Of a stretch of DNA of 64,000 nucleotides, positions 1 through 13,500 are shown in pieces. Numbering within the stretch: the first letter of the stretch is position 1; the number at the start of each line of letters is the position of its first letter. Made by a program: the position numbers and the translations under genes. Source of the stretch: Felis catus (taxonomy: Eukaryota); NCBI RefSeq assembly GCF_018350175.1, contig NC_058383.1, positions 39,060,001-39,124,000 on the forward strand, written 5' to 3'. The notes beneath the pieces are model-generated. The model saw only the letters and a list, made by a program, of their open reading frames with translations, searched no databases and was not told the origin of the DNA.

Positions 1-340
1 TTATCCCGGATTACCCAGCTCGGCCCAATATAATCACAAGGGTCCTTAAAAGATGGAAGAAAAGGAGTCCAAGTTCAGGGGAGACAACACGGAAAACACA
101 ACTGGCCCGCACCGGCTTTGCAAAGGCGGGATGCCACGAGACAACCAGTGTAGACGGCATCCGGGAGCTGGACATAGAAGATTCCCCCAGAACCTCCAGG
201 GACAAGCAGACTCTGCCACCGCTTTGATTTTGGCCCGCAAGGCCTATTCCTGACCCCGACCTCCAGAGCTGCAAAACAAAGGTGTGTTCTTTTGAACCTC
301 TAATCTGTGGTAATTTGTTACAGGGAAAGAAAACTAACAC
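1..340 (+). mobile_element. MaLR LTR fragment (MLT1-like)
   Basis: Carries motifs typical of MLT1 LTRs: 'ttatcc..gattaccc...ggcccaatataatcacaagggtccttaaaaga' and terminal 'gtgtgttcttttgaa...tgtggtaatttgttacag...aaactaacac'. Confidence 0.7.
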
Positions 341-899
341 GGGAGGCCCTCCTGTGGCCACACAGAAACCGGGAACCCACGGGGACAAAAGGAGTGCCTA
401 CACAGGGTGCGCTTCTGCCTTCTAGATGCACTTGTGCATCTGGGCCCCCAGAATTCCTTGCGCGTCACTCCACGGTCCCTCCTCCTCAGGGCGGTTGGGG
501 TGCTGGGATCCCCCACTGGTCCGTGGTGGGATCTGCTTAACGTTACGAAGCATCCATCTTGGAGAACACGGAGCACCTTGCTAAAATAGTGACACATTTC
601 GATGTGTCCCCACCCAGGGAGCTTACCATTTCATGCTGCTTCACTAGAAAATACCGAAGAGCAGAACAGTATCAAAAGTACAATTCCAGTTCATAAGACA
701 AATCAAGACATAAACGTAGGGACAGGAACAGGATCACGTTGGAAGGATCACACCAAGCTCTTCATGGTGGGAGACTGAGAGGCAGGCAAGGCTCAGAGAG
801 GGCCACCGCTCAGGGCACGGGGCTGCCCCCCACCCCGGAGCTGCCTGCGGACGACAGGGGCACATGGAGGAGGTCCCAGGGTCTAAGCAGAGCCGACCC

Positions 900-1930
900 C
901 CATTCACCCTCCTGGTGCCACACCTCCTCCCGTACCACCCGCCCCGCCCCCCGCGACCCGGAGCAGGCTCCGAGCTGGGGCGAAGCTGGGACAGGCAGTG
1001 GAGCCTGCCCCCAACTCCCCAACGCCAACGAGGGCGGGGAGAGAAGGGGCGCAGAGGGGGGCGGAGAGGAGCCGTGGGGCAAGAGGGATGCACATGGGCG
1101 CGACTGGAAGGAGAAAGAAGGGGAGCGGCGAGGCCGGAAGGCGTGCGAAGAGGTAGCCGGGCAGCTTGGGGCGCAGTGGGGTCCGCGGCTCGCGGGGGCG
1201 CCGGGGCCCTGGCCCCCGGCACTCCCCCCCCCCCCCCCGCCCCGTGCAGCGCAGTCCGGGGCTCTCGGCTCCGGGTCGGCCCTTTAACCGGTACTGGGTC
1301 AGCGAGCGACGCGCGTCCCGGCTGCTTTGCCGCGACTCTTCCCTCCGCAGAGCAATCCTGATTGGCCCCGGCAGAGGCCCGCCCCTTCTGACACTTCAGA
1401 GCCCGCCCCCCAGGGAGGAGCCCCTCCCACAGCAAGAGAGATTCCCCCCGCCCCCCCGCCCTGTGCGCCGCACCTCTTACGGGAGCAGTAGGTCCGCGTA
1501 GACCCGGCTCCTGGGCCGCAGGCCGCCCCGCGGCGGAGCGGGTCGGACCGGACTCACTGCGCACGCTCTGCCGTTCGCGGCCAGCCCCTGTTCGGGCGCG
1601 GTTTCCCCCCACCCTTAGGCCGCTTCTCCGGTCTGGACCACCCAGATCCTCTGCACGAATCAGCGCTGGGACCCTGCGCTCGGAGCCTACGGAGACCGAA
1701 GCTTCGGAAGGGACGCCTCGGCGCCTGGACTCGAACCTGTATGCACTCTGAGCAGTCCAGGACCCTCAAGTGGATGCCTCTGTAGTGTTCAGGTGCGGCC
1801 GCCAGGCGGCCCTCGCCCCACTCCGCGGACTCACGACGCACCCGCCCCTGCATCGGGTCTCGCCACCACTGGGCCCTCTGTTCCTCCCACTCACGTACAA
1901 CACAAAGCAAGCCACGAAGGAGGTACGGAT
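900..1930. promoter_or_regulatory. CpG island with CCAAT box, GC boxes and an NRF1-like motif; no coding exon attached within the window
   Basis: High CpG density; ctgattggc at ~1358-1366; several ccgccc motifs; tgcgcacgc at ~1558. Confidence 0.6.
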
Positions 1931-2649
1931 GGCGCGCCAGGTCACCTCTCCAAGGACCCCACCTCAATGAAAGTCACCCCCACCCATCAGTGACTCAGCA
2001 CGCCCCCCCCCCCCCCCCGCAGCGTCCGGGTCTACACCCACACTAGAACAAGTACGTTTCCACTTCACTTGTCTCCAGCCCCTTTGCCACCCTAGAGCCA
2101 GTCCCTCAGGGTCTTCTTGCTGGGGGTCTTACTTAAAATGGCAGCATATCTTCTGTTCAAAACCCAGCAGCCTCAGACTCCAAAGTGGCATGGTGGGTGC
2201 CAGGGCTAGAGGAGGGGTAACAAGGGTTAATCTAGTGGGAACAGAGCTGCTCTGACGGGCGATGGAGACGTTTTGGAGGCCACGGTGGTGATGACCACAC
2301 CCCTTTCTGGCGAGGGTGGCCGACTGTCCCACCCAACGCACTAAGCCTCTGCCACTGGATCTCTGTGGGGCGGTTCCCCTGGCCTGGGTGCACGTGCCAA
2401 CCAGCACCGGCCCCTGCCATCCCTGGTGTCACCCTTGCGGACCAGTAGCACAGTTAGTCCTTCCCGGATGCTCCAGCCAAGAGTCAGCGTGCCGACAGGT
2501 TTAAGTGAGGCCCCCCGAGCTGAGCAGGCCAGGCCAAGTCCTCGCTGCGGCACTCACCAGCTCTCGAACCGGTAGCCCCACTTTCCCCATCCGAGAATGG
2601 GGAGGACTCCTCTGGATGTCTGGCAGAGAACGGGTTAACACTGGCAATG

Positions 2650-3373
2650 CACGTGGAATAAAACCTAGCACCAAATAAGGCAAGTGCCCACTGCTCAGCC
2701 TCTAACGTATCTGGGAGCACCGCCTGCTCCCTCCCACCAGGGTGAGCTCAGGGAGACCCGCCCTGCCCCTGGATCACTGGTGCAGCCGGCGGGCGCTGGC
2801 ATGATGCAGGAGCTGGTCAGTCACCTGTTAGGTCTGTGATGTCCCTGCTGCCCACAGGCATGTGGCCAGAGACCCAGCCCCTTGGGACACCGAGAGGTGG
2901 CTGCTGTCCCAGGCCTTTCCTGAGCCCTGCCTTACGGTGTTGGCTCTTCCCAGACTGTTCACTCAGCCTAGAACACAGCTGGGGCCAGAGGCTGTTTTTG
3001 TCACTTTGGGCCTGGACACGCTTTCTGCAGTGGGCTCTGTGGCAGAGGCAAAAGGGACGGTTGCCAAGCCACACGAGATGGTGACCTGGGACATTTGCCT
3101 TTGACCTCCTATTCCAAGAACTTCACCCATTCAAAAGGGGGAAGGCGCAGCCCACCCCAGCACGCAAACGGGGACAAAATCAATCCCAGGGCTGGGGCTA
3201 CGCCAACCCTGGATGTCTGATTGCCACATCGCGGCTGCCCTCGTGACCTGCAGGGCTCCCCAAAGCCCACTTGCCTCAAAGCGGCCCTATCAGCCCCTGC
3301 TCCCAGTGCGGGGGCACTGCTGCCGGGCCTGGGGGACATGGACGGCCGCGGGATGACACTGACGGGCAAATAG
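2650..3373 (+). pseudogene. CEMP1: Disrupted CEMP1-homologous sequence, antisense to and downstream of the AMDHD2 3' end
   Basis: Collinear peptide blocks resemble human CEMP1 as I recall it: HCSASNVSG..CSLPPG* (stop 2743-2745); WLFPDCSL..FLSLWAWTRFLQWALWQR (2836-3084 ORF); SKGGRRSPPQHANGDK (~3131); GDMDGRGMTLTGK* (3332-3373). There are internal stops, a frame change and no start ATG. The position is syntenic. Confidence 0.65.
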
Positions 3374-3901
3374 TTGCAGGGCTCCAGACACTGGTGATCC
3401 CGAGCTGCCCACCAGCACCAGGCAGGGTCACCCACAGCGGTGCAACCCAGGGGGCACGTGGGATCCCCGGGCCCACCTGGGAGTCGGATGAGGAGAAGGG
3501 GATGTTCAGAAAAGGCCCCAAAGGAAGCCGAGCCTTGATTACCCCGAGGGCTCAAAGAAATAGGGCTGCGGGCTGGGCAAGGAGCGGTGGCCAGGGTCAC
3601 CTCTGGGCCCCTCGGCCACTGCTTCCGACGCTCAGAGCCAGGCAACCTGGAGTCCTCTTGAAGGCCGAGGAGAAACAGCTCGCAGTGTGCTCAGGCCCAG
3701 CACCATGGCCTTGGCCTCTGCTTCACTGGCCCAACTCTAAAGGGGCAGAGGGGAGCCCGTGGGCCATCCTCACACAGCCGGCCTGGCCTCCAAATGCCCT
3801 GCACGGCCCACCCGAGGCCCCTCCCACATCCAAGTCCCCCCAGCCCCAGCTCCTAATTGTCCCCACAATCAATTCTCCCACTTAAAATCCCAGAAAGCAC
3901 T

Positions 3902-4069
3902 GGGGCACCTGGGTGGCTCAGTCGGTTAAGGGTCCGACTCGATTTCGGCTCGGCTCACAGTTTCACAATTTGCTGGGATCGACCACCAAGTCGGGCCTTT
4001 CACTGACAGTGCAGAACCTGCTTAGGATTCTCTCTCTCTGCCCCTCCCCTCCTTCAAAATAAAATTTAA
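3902..4069 (+). mobile_element. Can-SINE (tRNA-derived carnivore SINE)
   Basis: Head 'ggggcacctgggtggctcagtcggttaag', (CT)n tract, A-rich tail, TSD-like aaaatccca on both sides. Confidence 0.85.
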
Positions 4070-4415
4070 AAATCCCAAGAGTACCCTTTTCCTCTATCCC
4101 CCGACATGTAAACTTCTGGAGCCCTCCACACTCACCGTCCCCAAGCCCGTTCCTGTCCGCTTTACAACCTACGACCCAGGACTTTCCCCTCCCGCCCTTC
4201 ATTTCCAACCAGCACAACTGCGTGTGGGGCTGCAGGCCTCAGACTCGACTGTCCAACAGAGAGGGGCCCTGTCACCTTCACTGGGGCCCCTCAAGGCTGG
4301 GATCAGCTAGAATCCAGCCGCTCTCCTCCCCACCCCACCCAGAGAGCCACCGAGGGAACGGCGCTCTGCCTTGAAGCAAAACTCAGACACGAGACAAGTC
4401 CCTGCGGGGCGAACA

Positions 4416-4421
4416 TTTATC
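4416..4421 (-). terminator. Candidate non-canonical polyadenylation signal (GATAAA) for AMDHD2
   Basis: GATAAA lies ~135 nt after the stop codon and is followed by a GU/U-rich tract (cttgtctcgtgtctgagttttg). Confidence 0.4.
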
Positions 4422-4553
4422 CAGCTGCCTCCACCTGGCAGGCCTCCACCTGGGGCAGGGCTCCCACTCGCTCCCCGGAGACCAGCTCCTCGACGGCTCA
4501 GCCCTGACAGTGTCCAGCTCAGGCTGGTCGTCCCTTCCAGCCGTGGTCCTCAG

Positions 4554-7500
4554 TCACTGCCTGGCTTCCTCCGCCTGCCACACCAACTCGCCCGAGATGT
4601 AGGTGGCCCGCACGTGGAGGGAGTCATCGAGCACCACGAAGTCTGGGTCAGAGGCGGCCGGTGAGACAGAGGCAGGGGTGGGTCCACCACCACCCCACAC
4701 CCATCCAGAAGCTGGTGGGGAAACTGAAGCCTGGGACACGATCTGGGCACGGCCACCCCACCCCATCGAAGGCTGACCAAGGCCCTGGAACCCATGTTCC
4801 TGGAAGCAGGGCACAGGAGACAAAGACCCCAGCTGCCCCTCACCTGACCCGACGGGAAGAGGAACCCGGGCTGAGGTTGGTGGCCAGGTAAGGCCACCTG
4901 GGCACAGGGAAGATCCCACCTGCCCTGGCACTGTCCCGAGTCCCCGAGCCCTCCCGAGTCTTCACTGGCCCGGGTGCCCACGTCGGGCCCTGACCTGCGT
5001 CAGCCCCGAAGTCCAGGGTCCCCTTGTGTTTCTCCAGCCCCAGCAGCTGCGCGGGGTGCAGGGACGCAGCCTCCAGGGCCAGCTCCACACTGCAGCCTGC
5101 TCAGGGGACACAACCGGGCAGTCACCCCCCATCCCTAGCTGGTTCCGTGGGCAGCCTCTCCCCCAGCCCCAAAGCTCCAAGTCCCAGAGAAATCCCAGGT
5201 CTCTGCAGCAGGCTGACAAAGCCCCACCTTCCCCCTCATCTGAGGACACTGCCAGGTACCCTTTTCCTGGTCACTCACCCATCCCAGCTCTGCAGGGCTC
5301 CCCGCCTCACTGACAAATGCCCTGGACCCAGATGGCCGCAGGCCCCTCCTCCTTCCGGGTCCCGGGAAGAGCCCCCCAAAAAGAAGCAGTAGCCTGGGCA
5401 TCAACGAGGCCACCTGGTCTTGGCTTTCCGTCCCTGCTCCCTCTCAAGAAGCCACACGACCAAATCCTTTTTCTTCTGTTCCCTACCTCACCACCCCTCC
5501 CCCCAACAGCCAGCCTACAGCCATTTCCTGCCTCCTGGCCTGTCTCCCTGCTGCTCTAAACAGCATGTTGAACCCGGGCACCCCCCAGGTGACACCCCAG
5601 CCCTGGGCACTGCCAAGAATCCCGCAGGGCCCGGCCAACCACAGCCTCTGCCAAATACCCCTCCCTGCCCCCCCCCCCGGACACGCCTACCCCCTCAACA
5701 AGCCTGAAGCGCTGCTCCGACCGCCCCCCTCCCCTCCCTAAAGCTCCGTACCCACGGAGTCCTGCGAATCCACAGGCCCCAGGCCGAGGGCCTTCCCGTG
5801 GGTACGGTGAGCACCCTTTTCTCGGTGCCTTGGCCTCACTGCCTATCACCCTGGGTCCCAGCCACATGCTTGCTCCTCGCTCTCCGAACCTGCCCCTGAG
5901 CTGCTGCAGGGGGCCTCAGCCGTGTTCCTGGTGCTCCACTCCTAGGAATCCCATCCCACAAGGGGTGTCGCTGCAAGAGCCCAGGGGTCTCCGTGCTTCC
6001 CTCCAACCTCCCCCCCCGACACATATGTGCACACGCGCGCACGCGCGCACACACGCGCGCGCACACACACACACTTGCCCCCTCCAGCCTCACCAACCTG
6101 TAGCCTGCAGGAAATGCCGGACGCAGACATCCATCGGGGCTATGCTGCCGCTCAGTGTCTTGGTGCCTTGAGAGTGAGAGAGCAGGTTCTGGGGGGACCA
6201 GGGGCTACTGGGCACATGGGGGGTGGGGGGCCCACAGGCCGGCGGGGAACGCTCAGATGTCTGCGTCCCACAAGAGAGGCCAAAGGGCCGTTGTCGAGGA
6301 GTCAGCGGGACGAGAGGGTCACTCACCGGCCACATAGGCTGTCAGCCCGTCCACCTCCACCTCCTGCTGCCCCAGCGTGTGACGCCCATTGCCCAAACCC
6401 AGGGCGGGAACGGCGTCAGTGACCAACACCAGCCCTGCGGAAGGAAGGGGACTCAGGAGCTGCCCGGCCGAGTCCTCCCACCGGGCCCCGCCCCGCCCTG
6501 CCGCTCACCCTGGGGATGGGCCCGGTGGGCGATGCGCAGGGCGGCTGGGTTGGTGTGCGTGCCATCCGCGATCATCCCGTAGAAGATGTGGCGGCCGGGA
6601 GGCAGCCGGTCACTGGTCAGGAGCCCCACGATACCGGGGTCACGGTGGTGGAACTGGACAGAGATAGGAGGGCAGCTGAGCGACGGCAGGAGCCCTTGCG
6701 CCTACCCGCCCAGGGAGTTGCGGGGGGGGGGGGGCCGCACGGGGCACTCACAGGCAGCATGGCGTTGAAGAGGTGGGTGATGAAGGTGGCCCCACTCTGC
6801 ACGGCTTCCTCCGCGGCCTGCAGGTCGGCCACCGAGTGTCCTGCATAGGGGACCTGGACTCAAAGTGTGCACCCAGCCCAGGACCCCACGCGGGCCCAAC
6901 CCTGGAGGTGGCAGTCCTCACCTAGGGACACACAGATGCCACGGGCTGTCAGCGCCTGGATCACCTCGTGGCTTCGGCCCAGCTCGGGGGCCAGCGTCAC
7001 AATGCGGACGTTGTCCAGGGGCCCGTAGGTGGCCAGCACATCGTGGAAGGCGTTGGCCTCAAAGGAGCGCAGGTGGGCTTCGGGGTGTGCACCTCGCTTC
7101 TCCCGGCTGATGAACGGGCCCTCCAGGTGCACCCCTGGGAGAAGAGGAGGGGACAGCTCCAGCGGGCCTCTGGCCCTGCAGCCCCCGCCCTGGCCCGTCA
7201 CCTGCCCGACCTCCCTCCCCAGTTGGGCCTCTGGAGGGGGAAGGGCTGCCAACAGGTCCCCAAGGAGCCTCCCGGGGTGGGGGCAGGGAGAGGGGTCAGC
7301 CACTCACCGAGGACCCCTGCCCCATGGGGACCACCACTCTTCACAGGGATCTGAGGAAGGACCTGGGGGGAACCAGCTGTTAAAGCCCTGCCCCCTACGG
7401 CCCAATGCCCAGAGATCACAGCCCAGCCGAGGTCAGAGGTCAGAGGTCAGAGCCCAGCCCCCTGATGGCCTTCCGTCAGATAGCAGAAGGTAGTCGAAGG

Positions 7501-10500
7501 CCCCCAACCAGAGTCAGGGAAGGCACAGCGCTAAGAACCATCAGGACGCGGAGGAACACGCAGGGGCGGAAGGCCAGCTGCCAGCAAGGAAAGGGAAAGG
7601 ACAAAAGGGACCTGACCTGGCCCCGCAACGTGGCCAAAGGGTCTGGACCCAGCCAGACAGGGGAGCGGGCCCGGCCTCCTGAGCTGCAGGACCGCACACA
7701 CGGCCAGGGTCAAGAGGAGGCGTGCAGTCCAGGCAGCGCGAGCACAGAAGCGGGGGCTCGGGGGCCAGAGAGGTCGGTGCACACGGGGCTGGGGGCTCAG
7801 GCGTCAAGGGCACAGCCACACGGTGCCTGAGCCGAACACAGGTACTCACATGACCCGTCCTGGAGGCGGGGCGAGCTGCCAGAGAAAACTGCCGCCCGCC
7901 GAAGGGCCCTGGGGCACCCCCACCCCAACCCAGATACAGCGATGCGTAAAGAGGCTGAAACCCGGGGAGCCTGATGGGCCGACACTGGGCAGGTGTGGGC
8001 AGGGGCACGCGGTGGAGACACCGAGGAAACAGGCAGCGCCTTGAGAAGCGGGGTCGGGGGCGGGGGGAACCAGAGACACCATTAAAGAGCAGCTGGGCCC
8101 TGAATGTGCCCTGCCAGCAAACCGGAAGGGCTCCAGGCGAGGGGTGGGTGGAGGCACCCCCCCTGTGATTAGGTTAACACTGTCAGCACGGAGCCAGTGA
8201 GGCTGTCCCCTCGGCCCAGGGACCTCAACTAAGGGCGCCCCCAGGAGCCCGCCCCAGTCTCGGGGCTCCCAGCAGCCTGCTGGCGCCTGATCTCAAACAC
8301 AGCCGACGGCCAAGGCTCAGTGGCAGCTCGGGGAAACCTTGGGGAGACAGAGGACGAACAGGGCAGGGCCGGCAGGGACGGGAAGACACGTGAGGAGTGG
8401 TCCTGCACCCGTGAAACAAGAAGACAGGGTCAGAAAAAAACACTGAGAGAGAAAGCAAGCTCTTCCAATGAAAAGTATGTGAGGGACGCCCGGGTGGCTC
8501 GGTCGGTTAAGCATCCAATTCTTGATTTCGGCTCAGGTCGTGATCTCGCAGGTCATGAGATCAAGCCCCACACGGGGCTCTGCACTCACAGTGCAGGATT
8601 CTCTCTCTGCCTCTCCCTTGCTCACACTTGCTCTCTCTCTCTCTCAAAATAAGGAAACAAATACTTAAATAAGAAATAAAATAAAAAAATACAATACAAC
8701 TTGAGCAATAAATAAATAAGAAAAAAAAAAAAAAAAACCCAAGTCAAGAACCAGAACATAGAAATACAGGAAACATTCAAGAAGCAGAGTCGCAGAAAGA
8801 ACCAGAGACGCCATCCAGGAGGCCCAACCATGGAATAATGACTCCCAGGAAAGACGATGGAGAAACGAGGGAGAAAAATCACACACGCGCTGTGATCAAG
8901 GAACGCAAACAAAACCAAAAACCAAACTTCAGACCGACAGGGTGTGCCAATGGACGGCACAATAGGTAAATTCCCCACAGGCCCCACACGTGTCACCCTC
9001 AGACTTCAGAACCCGAGGCCAAAGGGAAGATTCCACGAGCTTCCAGAGGGAAGAAATAAGTCATGCACAAAGTATCAGAGGTCAGGTGGCTTCCGACTTC
9101 TCACCAGCAACCCTGGAAATGAAAAAACAATACAGCAACGCCTTTAAGAATTCCAGGGGAAAGTCACTTCTAACCTACGCCCAATCAAGAGAATAAAAAC
9201 CTCGTTAGACCTTCGAGATCTTGAAAACTTTGCTCTCTGCGCCCCCGTCTCTAGCAGAAGCTGGTGGATATGCTCCAAAACAAACGCAAAAACCAGCAAA
9301 GACAAAGGCACGGGAGAGGGGATAGAGGCCCAGCAGAAAGACGCCAGGGGACCCCCCCCCAGGTGACGGGAAGGAGCTCCTAGGACAGCTCGGTCCAGGG
9401 AGGCCGGCAGCCAGGGCCGCGGAACAGGTCCCTAAAGCTGCCGAGGGAAAACGACATTGATAGAGCGCTGGGCGCACCCACACGTCCCGCAAGAAGAGTG
9501 AAAAACGGGCAGAGGCGGGGAGTGGAGTCGCCAGCTGAGAGAACAAACAAGGAGTCCCAAAGACACAGGGCAGACGGGTAAGAAAACGGGTCAGCACCGA
9601 GTCCTTCGCCCAGTCCTGCCGGCGGGTCTCCCCAAGTCGGCAGGCTGCTACCCGGGGAGGGCGGGGGGCCGGAAACCCACAAAGAGGAGTCTAGCCTCAG
9701 CTCCGCTGGTGGAAGCAGACACCCCTGTTCACTGCCCTAAACCGGCCTGGAGCTTAGACAGGCGAGAGCAAATTCCAAGGACCAGCTGAGCTGAAGGTGA
9801 CCGTCTCCAGGTGGGAGCTGGTGGGGGCAAAGGGCTGCTGTTTTTCCTAACAAGCCAGGAGATTCGTGTAAGTTCGCTAAAAATTAAAAGCAAAACAAAC
9901 CAAAAGGGGCGCCTGGATGGTGCAGTCGGTTAAGCGTCCAACTTCAGCTCAAGTCGTGGTCTTACAGCTTGTGAGTTCGAGCCCCACATCGGCCACTGTG
10001 CTGAGGATGTGGACCCTGCTTGGAATCCCCCCCCCCCCCCCGCCATCCTCCCCTGCTCTCTCTTTCAAAATAAATAAATAAACTTAAAAAAAAAAAGGTA
10101 ATGGCTGAGTTCTTCGGGAACAGATTTTTTGCTCGCGAACACACCCTCTCGAGCCTCGCCCTCAGCCCATCTGTGGAGGACAGGCCCACGTTCCACCAGG
10201 CGACCCCGTCATGCCCAGTGTCAGGTCCCATCCCGAAGCTCTCTCCAAGTCTCCCAAGAGAGCTCGGTGCCAGACACGGGGCTACGGTCAGACGGCCGGG
10301 GAGGGGATACCCCAGCCCACGGGGCAGATGAACTTGTGGGTGAATCTCCGGATCCCGTCTTTCCGGGGAGCCCGCCTTGTGACACGTTCTACGGGGTTCT
10401 GCACGCGGTCCGCACGGGGACTCCCGCACAGGGAGAGGGGCCCCTCTCGATGCCGTGCCCGTCACTGGCTGTTGTCCCCACCCAGTCTCACAGGTGCCAC

Positions 10501-13500
10501 TCTCACGCGGATGCCTCCAGGAAGGTACGCGGCCCAAGTCCAGGTCTCATGTTCTGAGCCCGAGGTGAGGTCTGAACCCGATGCACGGGGTTCACTTCGT
10601 ACTTCGAAACAAAACTGAGTTTGACGAGGGAGAGACAGAGAGCGCTAAGTAGGGAGAAGGCAATGAACGACAGCATGGACGGCAAGAGAATGGGAAAGGT
10701 CAAAGTGCAGAGGGCATGGTGAAAGCCTGGCTGCCGCCTGAGGAGGTAGCAGGTCTCGGCTAAGCACACGATGGACCAGAAGCCGAGAACACTCCAGCCA
10801 GAGCTTCCTCCTGGGAGGGTATGAAAGGGTACGACTGAAAGAGGCCCTCCAAAAGAGCAGGTGGTCTCAATGGGCCAGAACACGATGCTAAGGGATCCGG
10901 GTAACTTCTGACAGAGCAGCAATCCAGTTCTGCCCAGTGTGAGCCAGCCCTGGAAGAAGGTGGGTGGACGGGAGTCGGGGAGATACCTAAGCGAACGGCC
11001 CCGTGGCGTCTGAGATGACACTGGATTAAATTTCCACATTCACAGCCTCCGAGATTTTACTTTCTGCTGTCCAACGCCTTCATCCTGCGAGTGTTTGTGG
11101 AGACTGAAAAGTAGCAGCAGGAAGCCATAAACCAGAGAGGTGCCTGGGGGGCTCGGTGGGTTAGGCATCCGGCTCTTGCTTTCGGCTCAGGTCACGATCT
11201 CACGGCTTGTGAGGTTGAGCCCCACGTCGGGCTCTGTGCTGATAGCACGGAGCCTGCTTGGGATCCTCTCTCTCTCTCCCTGCCCCTCCCCGGCTTGTGC
11301 ACCCACGTTCTCCCTAAATAAGTAAATAAACATTAAAGGAAGAAAAGAAAACATAAGCCAGAAATCCTAGTGACCAGAAACTCCCTGTCCTAAAAAAAGA
11401 GGTCTCACAACCTGTATCACGATGGTCAGATGTGCTGTCGAAGCCACGGGCACAGCAGAGTCACAGCTCCAAAGAGCAGGCAACAGAGACAACAAGATAA
11501 AACAGGGCAGAAGGCCTGGGAACAGGAGAGAGAATGGCCCAGAATGGCTGGACCATACGTGGGGAGAGGGCCGAGGCTGGGGCGGCTAGGGAGGGACTGC
11601 TCAGAAGGGTAAAAAGGGGGTGAGGACGCCTGGGTGTCTCAGTCAGTTAAGCGTCCGACTTCGGCTCAGGTCACGATCTCACGGTTCGTGGGTTTGAGTG
11701 GTTAGAGGCCCGCGTCGGGCTCTGTGCTGACAAGTGCTTCGGATTCTGTGTCTCCCTCTCTCTCCGCCCCCTTCCTGCTCACGCTCTGCCTCTCTCTCTC
11801 TCAAAAATAAATAAACATTTAAAAAAAAAAAAAAAAAGAAGGATAAAAGGTGCGGGGCTGAGTGATGTGCTATGCCCTGTCCCCTGGGAAGGCCGCTGCG
11901 GCAGGACTCAGAGCAGGGCCGGCAGTTGGGAGACTAGGCAACAGTCAGGAAGCCTCACTGGTAGGTCCCGGGAAGGGGGAGGACAGCAAGGCGGGCGCGT
12001 TCCCAGATTCCAGACAAGAGAAATCAGGGATTGATGACCAAGAGAAAAAAAACACAGAACCAGGTGGCTTGAAGTAGGAAGATGAGCTTAGTTTTTAACC
12101 TCTGACTTTGTGATGGGAGGCCTGGGAGAAATTTCCAGAAAGATGTCCACACATGACAGCGTACCGAGTGTTTAAGAGGTACCGCACACAGCGCTGCCGG
12201 CCCCACAACCCCAGGAGACGGACGTGGTGCTCATTCCCAACTTGGATTCGAGAAAATGGGGGCTCAGAAAAAAGTAAGGATGGTCTCGTGTCCCCCAGAT
12301 GACAGATGAACTTAGGGGACCAGGACCCAATCCCAAGCCCACACTCAAACTCCCGCAACACCCAACTCCAACTGTGCGTCCACACACCCAGGAGGGACCT
12401 CCCCACCCATGGCCGGCAACATGACCCACAACTGCAAAAAAAGCCCTGTACTGGAGAAAACAACAACGCTGGGGGCGGGGAGGGGAGGTTAAAGGGTAAC
12501 TGCTGCCCTTCCCCAACTCGACTCAGGTAAGGGGACGTCCACGCTTTTCAAAACCCACTAAGCATCAAGCGGTAAAGAGGCATGATGAATACCACCTGCT
12601 TTCTGGCGGTTACCATGTAAAGTCACCGCCCCAAAGAAACCCAACAAGATGGTGGGGTGAAGAATAAAACCGGAGAGCCCGCCTGGGTGAAAACGTCTAC
12701 AGGGCCATGCAGAGAAGAGAGGAAGTGGAAGGGTGGTGTGGGGGCCACAAGAACAGCAGCGGGGACGGAAGGGGGCGGCAGGGGCAGACAACGAGCTGCC
12801 TTCTGGAAAGCACATTCAGTGGAGTCACACGGCACAGACAAGTTGGGGGGGATGAACCTGAGACGGTACAAATGTGGCAATCCAGAAAGTCCCAGCAATC
12901 GGTTTCTGGAGCCAGGAGGTGGCCAGGGTGCGAGACGGAGAGGACGTCTAGCCCCGAAGACGCCTCAACAATAAACATGAAGGCCTGTGGGAAGGGCTGC
13001 AGAGGCAGTGACCCCCTGCGGGCGGGGGAACACCAAAGGAGAGCCTAGGGGCAGGACCCCGGACCCCAGGCCCCAGGGGGTGGGGGAGGCTGAAGGGTGA
13101 GGCCAGACCCAAGGGCCAAGGGGTTTGTGGCAGGAAAAATTTGAAAATTAAAGGGGTGCTACTGTTGAAGCCCCCTTCCCTTGAGACCGGAAGCCTGACC
13201 TCACCTTGTGATAAACCTCCGGTGGCGAGGTGACCAAAGTGGGGCAGAAGGAGGTGACTCCATGCGACAATATCCTCTGGGCCACCAGGGCGACCCCCGA
13301 ACCCACGTCCTCCGTGGCCTGAGAGAAGTCAACGCCAAATCCACCTACGGCCACAAAGAGGAAGGTTGCACGGTGCCCGGACCACCTTCTTTGGGTCCCT
13401 GTCCCCTAAGCCCTAGACCGCACCGTTGATCTGCACATCGATGAAGCCAGGCGCCAGGATGCAGCCCCCGCAGTCCCGCTGCTCATCCGCCATTCGCCGC

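Noticed and set aside
734-1612. 292-aa minus-strand ORF as a possible PDPK1 exon 1
   Set aside because: No PDPK1-like N-terminal sequence; low-complexity CpG-island translation.
3902-3960. tRNA-like A/B box sequences
   Set aside because: These are heads of tRNA-derived Can-SINEs, not tRNA genes.
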